49,172 bases of DNA from an uncultured Deinococcaceae bacterium. Lineage in GTDB: Bacteria; Deinococcota; Deinococci; Deinococcales; Deinococcaceae. A program made the translations under genes and the position numbers. The notes beneath the pieces are model-generated. The model saw only the letters and a program-made list of their open reading frames with translations. It was not told the DNA's origin and did no database searches. Within the stretch, counting starts at the first letter, position 1, and each line of letters starts with the position of its first letter. Shown piece by piece: positions 30,845 through 39,720 of the stretch. The stretch covers positions 1 to 49,172 of the forward strand of contig CAXULY010000042.1 in NCBI GenBank assembly GCA_964252075.1, in the 5' to 3' direction.

Positions 30845-32317
30845 TCAGAACAGCGCCTGGACCGCCGGGTACAGGCGCTGGAAGCGCGCGAACTGCGCGT
30901 CGTGCAGCGGCGCGTGCAAGGTGGACGGCGCGTAGCGCGCGCTGCCCTGCGCGCGCAGCACCCGCGCCTCGAAGGCCTCCGGGGACGCCCAGCCGAGGTG
31001 CTGGAAGGCCGGGCTGGCGCCGCCCAGCACGGGCAGCAGGTCCGCACGCTCGGGCACCCGCACCTCGCAGTGGAACACGTCCGCCATCACCTGGCACCAC
31101 ACGGCGCTGCGCGTGCCGCCGCCCAGCAGCGTCATGGGCCGCGCGCCCGGCGCGGCGCCCAGGCCGTCCGCGGTGGACCGCAGGGCGTACGCGACGCCCT
31201 CCAGCACCGAGCGCGCCAGGTCTGCGGGGGTGGTGGTGGGGTCCACGCCCAGGAAGACGCCGCGGGCGTGCGGGTCGTGCACCGGGGAGCGCTCGCCCGC
31301 GAGGTACGGGAGGCACAGCACCCGCGCGGGCGGCGCGTGCGTGAGGAGCGCCTCCAGCCGCGCGAAGTCGCCGTCCGCGAAGGTCTGGGCGGCCCAGCGG
31401 TGCGCAGAGCCGGCGTTCGTGAGGGGCGCCACCGCGAGCACCTCACGGCGCGTCAGCAGCGGCAGCCGGAAGCGGTCCGCGCGGCCTGGCTGCTGCTCGG
31501 GGGCGGTCACGGCGCCCAGCCAGCCACTCGTGCCGAGGTACGCGTGACGCTCCCCGAGGCGCGCCACGCCCGCGCCGAGCGTGGTGGCGCCCGCGTCCCC
31601 CAGGCCCGTCAGGACGGGCAGCCCGGCGGGCAGGCCCAGCAGGCGCGCCGCCGCGGCGTGCACGTGCCCCGCCACCTCGCCGGGCCAGCGCAGCGTGGGG
31701 AGCGCCACGGGCAGCTGCAGCGCGTCCAGCCAGCGGGCGTGCCAGCGCCCCGCGCGCAGGTCGTACAGGCCGGTGGTGGCGGCGGTGGTGTGGTCCGTCA
31801 CGTGCGCGCCGGTGAGGCGCTCGATCAGCACGTCCTTCGCACCCACGTGCAGGCGCGGGCCGCCGCCCAGCGCGGCGGGCGCGTGGCGCTGCAGCCACAG
31901 CAGCTTCGGCAGCACCGACGCCGCCCCGTACGGGTTCCCGGTGGCGCGCGCGATGTCCTCGCCGAGCGTCGCCTCAGCGAGCGCGGCTTCCTCCGCGGCG
32001 CGCTCGTCGGCGTACAGCAGCGCCGGGTGCCGCGGCGCGGCGTCACGCGTCAGCACCACGTCCTGCATCTGCCCGCTCAGCACCAGCGCCCGCAGCGCCG
32101 CGAGGTCGGCGCCCGCCTGCGCCCAGTGCGCGCACACCTGCCGCAGCGCGTCCCACCAGTGGTCGGCGTCCTGCTCGACCCGCCCGCCCCCCGGGCGGTC
32201 GGTGTGCAGCGCCACCTCGTGCTCGGCGAGCAGGGCGCCCGAGCGCGCCAGCACCACGCCCTTCACGGCGGTGGTGCCCACGTCGACGGACGCGACCGCC
32301 TCCGCGCGCGCCGTCAC
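30845..32317 (-). CDS. FGGY carbohydrate kinase (xylulokinase-like)
   Basis: DVGTTAVKG, SGQMQ, PKLLWL, LGTSGW, PYLAGERSP and GGGTRS. Confidence 0.9.
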   Translation of the reverse strand: MTARAEAVASVDVGTTAVKGVVLARSGALLAEHEVALHTDRPGGGRVEQDADHWWDALRQVCAHWAQAGADLAALRALVLSGQMQDVVLTRDAAPRHPALLYADERAAEEAALAEATLGEDIARATGNPYGAASVLPKLLWLQRHAPAALGGGPRLHVGAKDVLIERLTGAHVTDHTTAATTGLYDLRAGRWHARWLDALQLPVALPTLRWPGEVAGHVHAAAARLLGLPAGLPVLTGLGDAGATTLGAGVARLGERHAYLGTSGWLGAVTAPEQQPGRADRFRLPLLTRREVLAVAPLTNAGSAHRWAAQTFADGDFARLEALLTHAPPARVLCLPYLAGERSPVHDPHARGVFLGVDPTTTPADLARSVLEGVAYALRSTADGLGAAPGARPMTLLGGGTRSAVWCQVMADVFHCEVRVPERADLLPVLGGASPAFQHLGWASPEAFEARVLRAQGSARYAPSTLHAPLHDAQFARFQRLYPAVQALF

Positions 32318-32318
32318 G

Positions 32319-33290
32319 CTACCGGCCCGCCCGCCCGAGCTTCTGCACGATGACCGCCAGAATCACGATGACGCCCGTGATGACGTCCTGCAGGAAGGTC
32401 GGGACCTGCAGGATGGTCAGCCCGTTCGCGAGCACCCCGATGATGAGCGCGCCCAGCACGGTGCCGGGCACGTTCGGCACGCCGTCCTTGAAGGCCGTCA
32501 TGCCGAGGAAGGCCGCCGCGTATGCGGGCAGGAACAGCCCGTTGCCGCCCGTGGGCTGCGCGGACCCCAGGCGCGAGGCGAGCAGCGCGCCCGTGAACGC
32601 CGCGAGCAGGCCCGACAGGGCGAACGCCAGCGCCTTGTGCCGCCCGGTGGCGATGCCTGCCACCCGCGCGGCGCCCTCGTTGCCGCCCACCGCGTACAGG
32701 CGGCGCCCGAACGGCGTGTGCGCGAGCAGGAACCACGCCAGCAGCACCACCGCGAGCATCACGACGGACAGGGCCGGGAGGCCCAGCAGCGTGGCGCGGC
32801 CCAACGCCGAGAAGCGCTCCGGAATGCGCTCGAACACCGTCGAGCCGCCCGTCATCCAGAAGACCAGGCCGCCCAGGATGGTGCCCATCGCGAGGGTGGT
32901 GATAAAAGACAGCAGCCGGAAGGCCGTCACGATCACGCCGTTCACGAGTCCCACCAGCAGGCCCGCCAGGGCGGCCAGCAGGAAGCACAGCTCCACCGGC
33001 ACGCCGCGCACCGCGAGCTGCGCCGCGATCACCCCGCCGAGGCTCGCGAGCGCCCCGATGGACAGGTCGAACTCCCCGACCACCATCACGACCGTCGCGG
33101 CCATCCCGATGATGACCAGGAAGGCGATCTGCCGCGTGACGTTCAGGGCGTTCTCCACGCTGAAAAACGCGCTGGGGCTCAGGACGCTGAAGGTCGCCAC
33201 GATGACCAGCGCCGCCAGCACCGTGCCGTAGCGCCGCACGAGGCGCCCCGCCCGCGCGGCGCGCGGGCGGGGCGCGCTAGACGCGCGCAC
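32319..33290 (-). CDS. sugar ABC transporter permease (RbsC-like)
   Basis: GEFDLSIG, SFITTL and FGRRLYAVGGNEGAARVAGI. Confidence 0.92.
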   Translation of the reverse strand: MRASSAPRPRAARAGRLVRRYGTVLAALVIVATFSVLSPSAFFSVENALNVTRQIAFLVIIGMAATVVMVVGEFDLSIGALASLGGVIAAQLAVRGVPVELCFLLAALAGLLVGLVNGVIVTAFRLLSFITTLAMGTILGGLVFWMTGGSTVFERIPERFSALGRATLLGLPALSVVMLAVVLLAWFLLAHTPFGRRLYAVGGNEGAARVAGIATGRHKALAFALSGLLAAFTGALLASRLGSAQPTGGNGLFLPAYAAAFLGMTAFKDGVPNVPGTVLGALIIGVLANGLTILQVPTFLQDVITGVIVILAVIVQKLGRAGR

Positions 33291-34785
33291 GGCGGTCCCC
33301 CGCGTCGCCCCCGGGCGCCTGGTAGCAGGCGCGCAGGACGGCCTCGGCGGTCAGGGCGGGCCCCTCCAGGGTGGCGACGCTGCGGCCCTCGCGCAGCACC
33401 ACCACGCGCCCCGCGACCTCCAGCAGCTCGGTCAGGTCGGAGGTCACGAGGACCACGCCGACGCCCGCGTCCGCCTGCTCGCGCAGCAGCGCGTGAATGG
33501 CGCGGCGCGTCATGACGTCCACCGCCTGCGTGGGTTCGTCGCACAGCCACACGTCCGGGCGGCCCTGCAGCGCGCGCGCGAACACCACCTTCTGCTGGTT
33601 CCCGCCGCTCAGTTCCCCGACCGGTTGTCCGGGGGCGGCCGCGCGGATGTTCAGCGCGCGCGTGGCGTCCGCGAGCGCGCGGCGTTCACGCGCGCCGCTC
33701 AGCACGCCGAGGCGCGCGTGCTGCCCCAGCGTGGAGAGCGTGACGTTCTCCAGCACGCTCATGTGGCCCACCAGGCCCTGCCCGCGGCGGTCCTCGGGGA
33801 TCAGCGCGGCCCGCCCGGGGCGCCCGGCAGGCCAGCGCACGCGCCCGGCGCGCCGGGCGCGCAGGCCCGCGAGCGCCTCCAGCAGCTCGGTGCGTCCCGC
33901 CCCCGCGAGGCCGTAGATGCCCAGCACCTCGCGCTCCCGCAGCTCGAAGCTCACGTCCCGCACCCGGCCGTCGCGGGTGGCGAGGCCCTCCACGGTGAGC
34001 AGCACCGCCGCGCCGCCGGGCGGCGGCGCGGGGCGGGGGGCGCCCTCCAGCGCCGCGCCGGACATCGCGGCGACCAGTTCGTCGGCGTTCGCGGCGCCGC
34101 GCGCGAAGCGCGCCGCCACCTGCCCGCCGCGCAGCACCGTGACGTGATCGGCCAGCTCGATCACCTCCTCCAGGCGGTGGGAGACGTACAGCACCGCGGC
34201 GCCCTCCGCGCGCAGGCGGTGGATCAGCGCGAACAGCGTCTCGGCGTCCTGGTGCGCCAGGGACGCGGTGGGTTCGTCGAGGATCAGCAGGCGACCCCGC
34301 ACCATCACGGCGCGCAGCAGTTCCGTGAGGGTCCGCTGGGTGGGCGTGAGGTGCTGCGCGAGTTCGTCGAGCGGCAGCGAAAGGCCCACCTGGCGCTGCG
34401 CGGCCTGCGCCTCACGGCGCATCGCGCGCCAGTCCACGCGGCCCGCGCGCTGCGGGTACGGGGCGCCCAGGTAGAGGTTCTCCAGCACCGAGAAGCCCGG
34501 CACCAGCTGTCGATCCTGATGCAGGGCGCGGATGCCGCGCGCCTGCGCGTCGCGCGGGCTCAGGAAGGTCACGGGCGCGCCGTCCCACAGCAGCGCCCCG
34601 CCGTCCGGCGGGTGCACGCCGGTCAGGACCTTGATCAGGGTGCTTTTGCCCGCGCCGTTCTCGCCGACGAGGGCGTGCACCTCACCGGGGCGCACGTCCA
34701 GGTGCACGTCCTGCAGGGCCGCCTGCGCGCCGAAGTGCTTGGTCAGGCCGCGCAGGGCCAGCAGGGGGGCAGCGGGGTGCGTCAC
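33277..34785 (-). CDS. sugar ABC transporter ATP-binding protein (RbsA-like)
   Basis: GENGAGKS, LDEPT, LSGGNQQK and CDEPT; two NBDs. Confidence 0.93.
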   Translation of the reverse strand: MTHPAAPLLALRGLTKHFGAQAALQDVHLDVRPGEVHALVGENGAGKSTLIKVLTGVHPPDGGALLWDGAPVTFLSPRDAQARGIRALHQDRQLVPGFSVLENLYLGAPYPQRAGRVDWRAMRREAQAAQRQVGLSLPLDELAQHLTPTQRTLTELLRAVMVRGRLLILDEPTASLAHQDAETLFALIHRLRAEGAAVLYVSHRLEEVIELADHVTVLRGGQVAARFARGAANADELVAAMSGAALEGAPRPAPPPGGAAVLLTVEGLATRDGRVRDVSFELREREVLGIYGLAGAGRTELLEALAGLRARRAGRVRWPAGRPGRAALIPEDRRGQGLVGHMSVLENVTLSTLGQHARLGVLSGARERRALADATRALNIRAAAPGQPVGELSGGNQQKVVFARALQGRPDVWLCDEPTQAVDVMTRRAIHALLREQADAGVGVVLVTSDLTELLEVAGRVVVLREGRSVATLEGPALTAEAVLRACYQAPGGDAGDRRARV

Positions 34786-34786
34786 G

Positions 34787-35716
34787 TCAGCGGGCGCGCG
34801 TGACCAGGGCGGCGGGCGCGTACAGTTCCGTGGCCGTCACCTTCTGCCCCTTGAACACCCGGTCGATCTGCTGCGCGACCAGCACCGCCATGCGCGGGAA
34901 GTCCTGCTTGAGGGTCGCGCGGATCGCGGAGCCCCGCTGGATCAGGTCGACCGCCTGGCTGTTGCCGTCGATGCCCGTCACGATGACGTCGGTGCGGCCC
35001 GCCGCCTGCAGCGCCTGCGCCACCCCGATGGCCGGCTCGTCCCACCCGGCCCACACGGCGGTGATGGCGCCCTTGCCGGGGTTCGCGAGCAGGATGTTCT
35101 CCATCTGCTTGCGGGCGTTCTCGATCGGGCCGGGCACCTGCACCTCCTGCTCCGTCACGACCTTGATGCCCGGCGCGGCCTTGAGCGCCGCGTCGAGCGC
35201 CTGTGTGCGCTTCAGGACGCCGGGGTGCGGGCGGTACGTGAGCACCACGAGGTTCCCCTTGCCGTTCATGGCCTTGAACAGGAAGTTCGTGATGGTCTTG
35301 CCCATGGCGGCGTTGTCACTCGTGGCGTTCATGGCCATGCCGCTGATGTACCCGCTGTCCAGCCCGAACACCGGGATGCGCGCGGTGTTCGCGGAGAGGA
35401 TCTGGTTCTTGAGGGCATTCGGGTCGGTGCTGACGATCACGATGGCGTCCACCTTCGAGGAGATCACGTCCTCCATGCGGCTCGCGAGTTGCCCCACGTC
35501 GCCCTTGGTGTCCACCACGGTGGTCTTCCAGCCGCGGCTGCTCGCCTGCCCCTGCAGGGACACGATCATCTGGTTCGTGGTGACGGACTGCTGAAACGGC
35601 GTCAGGATCGCCACGGTCTTCACGGCGGCGGCGTGCGCGGGGCCGGCCAGCAGCGTGGCGGTCAGGGCGAGCAGGGTGACGGGCGTTCGGGGCGTGCGGC
35701 GCGGTGCGCTCCTCAT
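34787..35716 (-). CDS. sugar ABC transporter substrate-binding protein (RbsB-like)
   Basis: Signal peptide (AHA-AA), VDAIVI, WAGWDEPA and GIDG; SD AAGGAG at 35728-35723. Confidence 0.9.
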   Translation of the reverse strand: MRSAPRRTPRTPVTLLALTATLLAGPAHAAAVKTVAILTPFQQSVTTNQMIVSLQGQASSRGWKTTVVDTKGDVGQLASRMEDVISSKVDAIVIVSTDPNALKNQILSANTARIPVFGLDSGYISGMAMNATSDNAAMGKTITNFLFKAMNGKGNLVVLTYRPHPGVLKRTQALDAALKAAPGIKVVTEQEVQVPGPIENARKQMENILLANPGKGAITAVWAGWDEPAIGVAQALQAAGRTDVIVTGIDGNSQAVDLIQRGSAIRATLKQDFPRMAVLVAQQIDRVFKGQKVTATELYAPAALVTRAR

Positions 35717-35728
35717 GAGGTGCTCCTT

Positions 35729-35842
35729 CCACAAACAAAGGACGTGCCGCCAGGGAGCGCGGACGTCGGGCGTCGGGCGGACGGTCACCGCCAACAAAGG
35801 TGCGCTCAGTCTGCCAGCCAGCCGGTGTTTTTTCAATGCGGG
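35729..35842 (-). ncRNA. yjdF (azaaromatic) riboswitch-like cis-regulatory RNA
   Basis: The minus strand reads UGAAAAAACAC-N5-GGCUGGCAGACU-N4-GCA-hairpin-GUGACCGUCC-stem/loop-GUCC. This is collinear with the B. subtilis yjdF RNA as I recall it. The anti-SD GCUCC is in the last loop and the closing stem abuts the SD. Confidence 0.65.
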
Positions 35843-35892
35843 CCGCGCGTATGCTGGGGTGGCCCCGCGGAGCGCCGCGCGCAAGGAGTCCC

Positions 35893-37263
35893 ATGACGAG
35901 CCCCATGACCGATGAACTGCGCGCGCTGTTCGGCGCGCGCCTCAGCACCGCGGCCGCGGACCTGCACGCGCACGGCCGCGACGAGAGTTACCCGGACGTG
36001 CACCCGCCGCACGCGGTAATCTTCGCGCAGGACGAGGCGGACGTGGTGCGCGCGCTGCGCTTCGCGCGGGAGCGCCGCGTGCCGCTCACGCCCTTCGCGG
36101 CGGGCAGCAGCCTGGAGGGCAACGCGGTGCCGGTGCAGGGCGGCATCAGCCTGGACCTCACGCGCCTGAACCGCGTGCTGCACATCGATGCCGCGAACGC
36201 CTGCGCGACCGTCGAGCCGGGCGTCCTGTACCCGGAGTTGAGCCGCCAGGTGCGCTCACACGGCCTGTTCTTCGCGGTGGACCCCGGCGCGGACGCCTCG
36301 CTGGGCGGCATGGCCGCGACGGGCGCGAGCGGCACGGCCGCCGTGCGGTTCGGCACCATGCGCGACAACGTGCTGGAGTTGCGGGTGGCGCTGCTGGACG
36401 GCCGCGTGATCCGGGTGGGCAGCCGCGCCCGCAAGAGCAGCGCGGGCTACGACCTCAAGCACCTGTTCCTCGGGTCGGAAGGCACCCTGGGCGTCATCAC
36501 GCAGCTCACGGTGCGGCTGCACCCGCTGCCGGGCGCCGCCGCGAGCGTGCAGGTGGGCTTCGCGGCGGTGGAGGCCGCCGTGGAGGCCGCCGTGGGCATC
36601 ATGGCGTCCGGGCTGGGCCCGCAGCGCCTGGAACTGGTGGACGCCGCCGCCATCCGCGCCGTGAACGCGTACGCGGGCCGCCACGACCCGGAGGTGCCCA
36701 CCCTGTGGATCGAGGTGACGGGCCGCACGCCCGCTGACCTGCGCGCGCCGCTCGCGCTGGTGGAGGAGCTGTGCCGGGACGCGGGCGGTGAGGTGCGCGG
36801 TCAGGCGACGAGCGAAGCGCAGCGCGCCGAGCTGTGGACCGCGCGGCACCACGCGTACTACGCGCTGCGCGCCGCGCACCCCGGCCACACCACCCGGACG
36901 TCGGACGTGTGCGTGCCGATCGCAGCGCTGCCGGACGCCATCGCGTGGACGCAGGCGTTGATGGCGCGCCACGGCGTGAACGCCCCCATCCTCGGTCACG
37001 TCGGGGACGGGAACTTCCACGTGCTGTTTCACGCCGCGCCGGACGACGCGGCGGGCTGGGCGAGGATCGCGCAGGTGTCGGACGGCATGATCCGCCGCGC
37101 CCTGGAGCTGGGCGGCACCTGCACCGGGGAGCACGGGGTGGGCGTGCGCAAGCGCCATTACCTGCGCGCCGAGCACGGCGAGGCGCTGGACGTGATGCGC
37201 GAGGTGAAGGCCCTGTTCGACCCGCTGGGCGTCCTGAACCCCGGGAAGATCTTCGAGTCGTGA
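35893..37263 (+). CDS. FAD-linked oxidase, D-lactate dehydrogenase/GlcD-like
   Basis: GSSLEG, DPGADASLGGM, GYDL..LFLGSEGTLG, GHVGDGNFH, GEHGVG and LNPGK. Confidence 0.92.
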   Translation: MTSPMTDELRALFGARLSTAAADLHAHGRDESYPDVHPPHAVIFAQDEADVVRALRFARERRVPLTPFAAGSSLEGNAVPVQGGISLDLTRLNRVLHIDAANACATVEPGVLYPELSRQVRSHGLFFAVDPGADASLGGMAATGASGTAAVRFGTMRDNVLELRVALLDGRVIRVGSRARKSSAGYDLKHLFLGSEGTLGVITQLTVRLHPLPGAAASVQVGFAAVEAAVEAAVGIMASGLGPQRLELVDAAAIRAVNAYAGRHDPEVPTLWIEVTGRTPADLRAPLALVEELCRDAGGEVRGQATSEAQRAELWTARHHAYYALRAAHPGHTTRTSDVCVPIAALPDAIAWTQALMARHGVNAPILGHVGDGNFHVLFHAAPDDAAGWARIAQVSDGMIRRALELGGTCTGEHGVGVRKRHYLRAEHGEALDVMREVKALFDPLGVLNPGKIFES

Positions 37264-37293
37264 GGGTGGGGGCGCCGCGCGGCGCCCCCGATC

Positions 37294-38394
37294 TCAGGGC
37301 AGGATGAGGTGCAGGTCCCCGAACTCGTGCCACAGGTAGCGACCCGCGAGCGCCGCGCGGTACGCGACGCGCAGGTGTGCCTCGCCCGCGAGGGCCGCGA
37401 GCATCAGCAGGTGGCTGGCGCGCGGCTCGTGCCAGCCGGTGAGCAGCGCGTCCACGGCGCGCACCCCGCGCTGCGGCGTGATGACCTCGCGCGTCCAGCC
37501 CTCGCCCGGGTGGGTGCGGCGGTGGGCGTCCGTGACCGTCTCGAGGGCCCGCACGACCGTCGTGCCGACCGCGACCACGCGCCCGCCCGCCGCGCGCGTC
37601 TCGTTCACGGCGCGGGCGGTGTGGTCCGGCACCCGGTAGAACTCCTCGTAGGGCGGCTCGTGGTCCTCCAGAGACGCGACGCCGGTGTGCAGCACGAGGG
37701 GCGCCACGCGCACGCCGCGCGCCACGAGCGTGGTGAGCAGTTCCGGCGTGAAGGCCCGCCCGGCGCTCGGCATCTCGGCGCTGCCGGGCTCCTGGGCGTA
37801 CACCGTCTGGTACGCGGACAGCGGCCAGTCGCGCGGCACGTACGCGTAGCGGATGGGGCGCCCGTGGCGCGCGAGGTACGCGCCGAGCGGTTCGGGCAGG
37901 GCGAGCGTGGCGATCCACAGGCGGGATCGCGCCTGGGTGGGACGCTGCGAGCGGTCGCTGCTGTACGGCGCGAGGAGCGTCACGCTGCCGCCCGCGGGCA
38001 GCGCGAGCGTCTCGCCGTCCCGGCCCTCCCGGTGAGGAACGGTGGTGGCCCCGGCGGGGCGGCGCAGTTCCACACTCCACAGGTCTGCGGGCAGGTGCGT
38101 GCTGAGGTGCAGCGTGAGGGCGGCGCCGTCCGCGCGGGTAGCAGGCAGCGCGGCGGGCAGCGTGGCGGAGGTGTTGATGACCACAAGGTCGCCGCCCGTG
38201 AGGACGTCCGGCAGGTCGCGGAAGTGCGCGTGCGTCACCGCGTCACCGCGCAGGCGCGAGACCAGCAGGCGCACATCGTCGCGCCGCAGGCCGCGCGCCT
38301 CGGGCGGCTCGCGCGCTTCCAGCTCGGGCGGCAGCGTGAAGTCGAGTGCGGCCGGCGGCGGGTGCGCCGCGCCCGCTCGGGGCGTGCCGGTCAT
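37294..38394 (-). CDS. QueA-like (SAM:tRNA ribosyltransferase-isomerase family) protein, atypical subfamily
   Basis: LDFTLPPEL, GDLVVINTS, YQTVYA, SAEMPSAGR, VGTTVVRALET, WHEPRASHL and YLWHEFGD. Confidence 0.85.
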   Translation of the reverse strand: MTGTPRAGAAHPPPAALDFTLPPELEAREPPEARGLRRDDVRLLVSRLRGDAVTHAHFRDLPDVLTGGDLVVINTSATLPAALPATRADGAALTLHLSTHLPADLWSVELRRPAGATTVPHREGRDGETLALPAGGSVTLLAPYSSDRSQRPTQARSRLWIATLALPEPLGAYLARHGRPIRYAYVPRDWPLSAYQTVYAQEPGSAEMPSAGRAFTPELLTTLVARGVRVAPLVLHTGVASLEDHEPPYEEFYRVPDHTARAVNETRAAGGRVVAVGTTVVRALETVTDAHRRTHPGEGWTREVITPQRGVRAVDALLTGWHEPRASHLLMLAALAGEAHLRVAYRAALAGRYLWHEFGDLHLILP

Positions 38395-38828
38395 GGCAGC
38401 ATCACCTCCCGCTGGGGCCGGGCGTCCTCGCGCGGGTGGTACAGGGTGAGGTGCAGGCCGTCGGGCGTGACGAGGCGCTGGCTGTGGTGCCCCCACGGCG
38501 TCACGACGGGCGCGCCCAGCGGGGTCGCACCGTGCTGCGCGAGGCGCGCGCCGACGCGCGGGACGTCGTTCACGCGCAGCGCGAGGCGGGCGGCGCCGCT
38601 GCGGTGGCCGGGCGCCTCGATGGCGTCCATGCGTTCCGCCTGCGGGGCGTCGATGACCTCGATGGTTGCGCGGCCCACGTCGAGGACGAGTCCGCGCCCT
38701 CCAGGGTCGTCCCAGGCGTCCACCTCGGGCAGGTGGAGGGCGTCTCGCAGGAGGCGCACGGTGGCGTCGTACTGCCGGGCGGTCAGCACGACGCGCAGTT
38801 CCGTCACGGGCGTGCCCGGGGCGCTCAC
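38391..38828 (-). CDS. VOC/glyoxalase family protein
   Basis: ELRVVLT, RLALRV and TPWGHHSQRL..PDGLHLTLY; 4-nt overlaps on both sides. Confidence 0.8.
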   Translation of the reverse strand: MSAPGTPVTELRVVLTARQYDATVRLLRDALHLPEVDAWDDPGGRGLVLDVGRATIEVIDAPQAERMDAIEAPGHRSGAARLALRVNDVPRVGARLAQHGATPLGAPVVTPWGHHSQRLVTPDGLHLTLYHPREDARPQREVMLP

Positions 38829-39523
38829 GCGGTCACCGCCCCGCCGGAGAGCTCGCGGGCGACGTAACGGCCGCTGGGGAGGTCGCCGGTCAGCAGGCGC
38901 CGCAGGCCCGGCACGCTCGCTTCGGGCGCGGGGCGGTCGCTGACGTCCTCGCCGGGGAAGGCGTCCTGCTGCATGCGGGTGTTCATGTCGCCGGGGTCCA
39001 CCCAGTACACGCGCCACTCGGGCTGTTCGGCGGCGAGGACGCGGCTCAGCTGCTCGAGCGCGGCCTTGCTGGAGCCGTACACGCCCCAGCCCGCGTAGCC
39101 TTCCACGCCCGCGTCGGACGTGACGTTCACGATGCGCGCGCCGGGGCGCAGCAGCGGCGCCGCGAGTTGCGTGAGGCGCAGCGGGGCGAGGGCGTTCACG
39201 TCGTACACGCGGCGCAGCGCGTCCAGCGGGGCGTCCAACAGGGCGGGGCGCGGGGTGGGGCCGAGCGTGCTGGCGTTGTGGACGAGCGCGTCGAGCCCGC
39301 CGAGGTCGCGGGCGGCGGTGACGAGGCGGGCCGCGTGCGCCTCGTCGGCGACGTCGCCGGGCAGCGCGGTGACGTGGGTGTGGGGCGCGAGGCTGGCGCG
39401 GGCGGCGTCCAGTTCGGCGGCGTCGCGGGCGGTGAGGACGAGGTGCCAGCCGTCCTGGGCGAGCGAGCGGGCGAGGGCGAGGCCGAGGCCGCGGGAAGCG
39501 CCGGTGATGAGGGCAATGGGCAT
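38825..39523 (-). CDS. SDR oxidoreductase
   Basis: TGASRGLG, HNAS, SSK preceded by Y (YGSSK) and VDPGDMNT. Confidence 0.9.
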   Translation of the reverse strand: MPIALITGASRGLGLALARSLAQDGWHLVLTARDAAELDAARASLAPHTHVTALPGDVADEAHAARLVTAARDLGGLDALVHNASTLGPTPRPALLDAPLDALRRVYDVNALAPLRLTQLAAPLLRPGARIVNVTSDAGVEGYAGWGVYGSSKAALEQLSRVLAAEQPEWRVYWVDPGDMNTRMQQDAFPGEDVSDRPAPEASVPGLRRLLTGDLPSGRYVARELSGGAVTA

Positions 39524-39662
39524 GGACGTCCTTTCCGGGGGGCGGCGGGGGCCGTCCTCCTGCGGGAATGAGGATGAATGCCTGGAGACGCGGGGGCGTC
39601 TCGCTGCTAGGTTCTCGCCCGTCGGGCGGGTGACTGAACTGTACGCCTACCCCTGGCAGAAA

Positions 39663-39680
39663 AGCAAGTATTGACTTGCT
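39663..39680. promoter_or_regulatory. inverted-repeat operator in divergent promoter
   Basis: AGCAAGT-ATTG-ACTTGCT, with an extra half-site ACTTGT near 39692. Confidence 0.6.
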
Positions 39681-39720
39681 AAACTCGTTTTACTTGTGAG
39701 GCCCGCGCTACACTGCCCGC

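Noticed and set aside
30241..38394. folE plus queA as a queuosine cluster
   Set aside because: They are about 6.5 kb apart on opposite strands, with no queCDEF or tgt, and the QueA is atypical.
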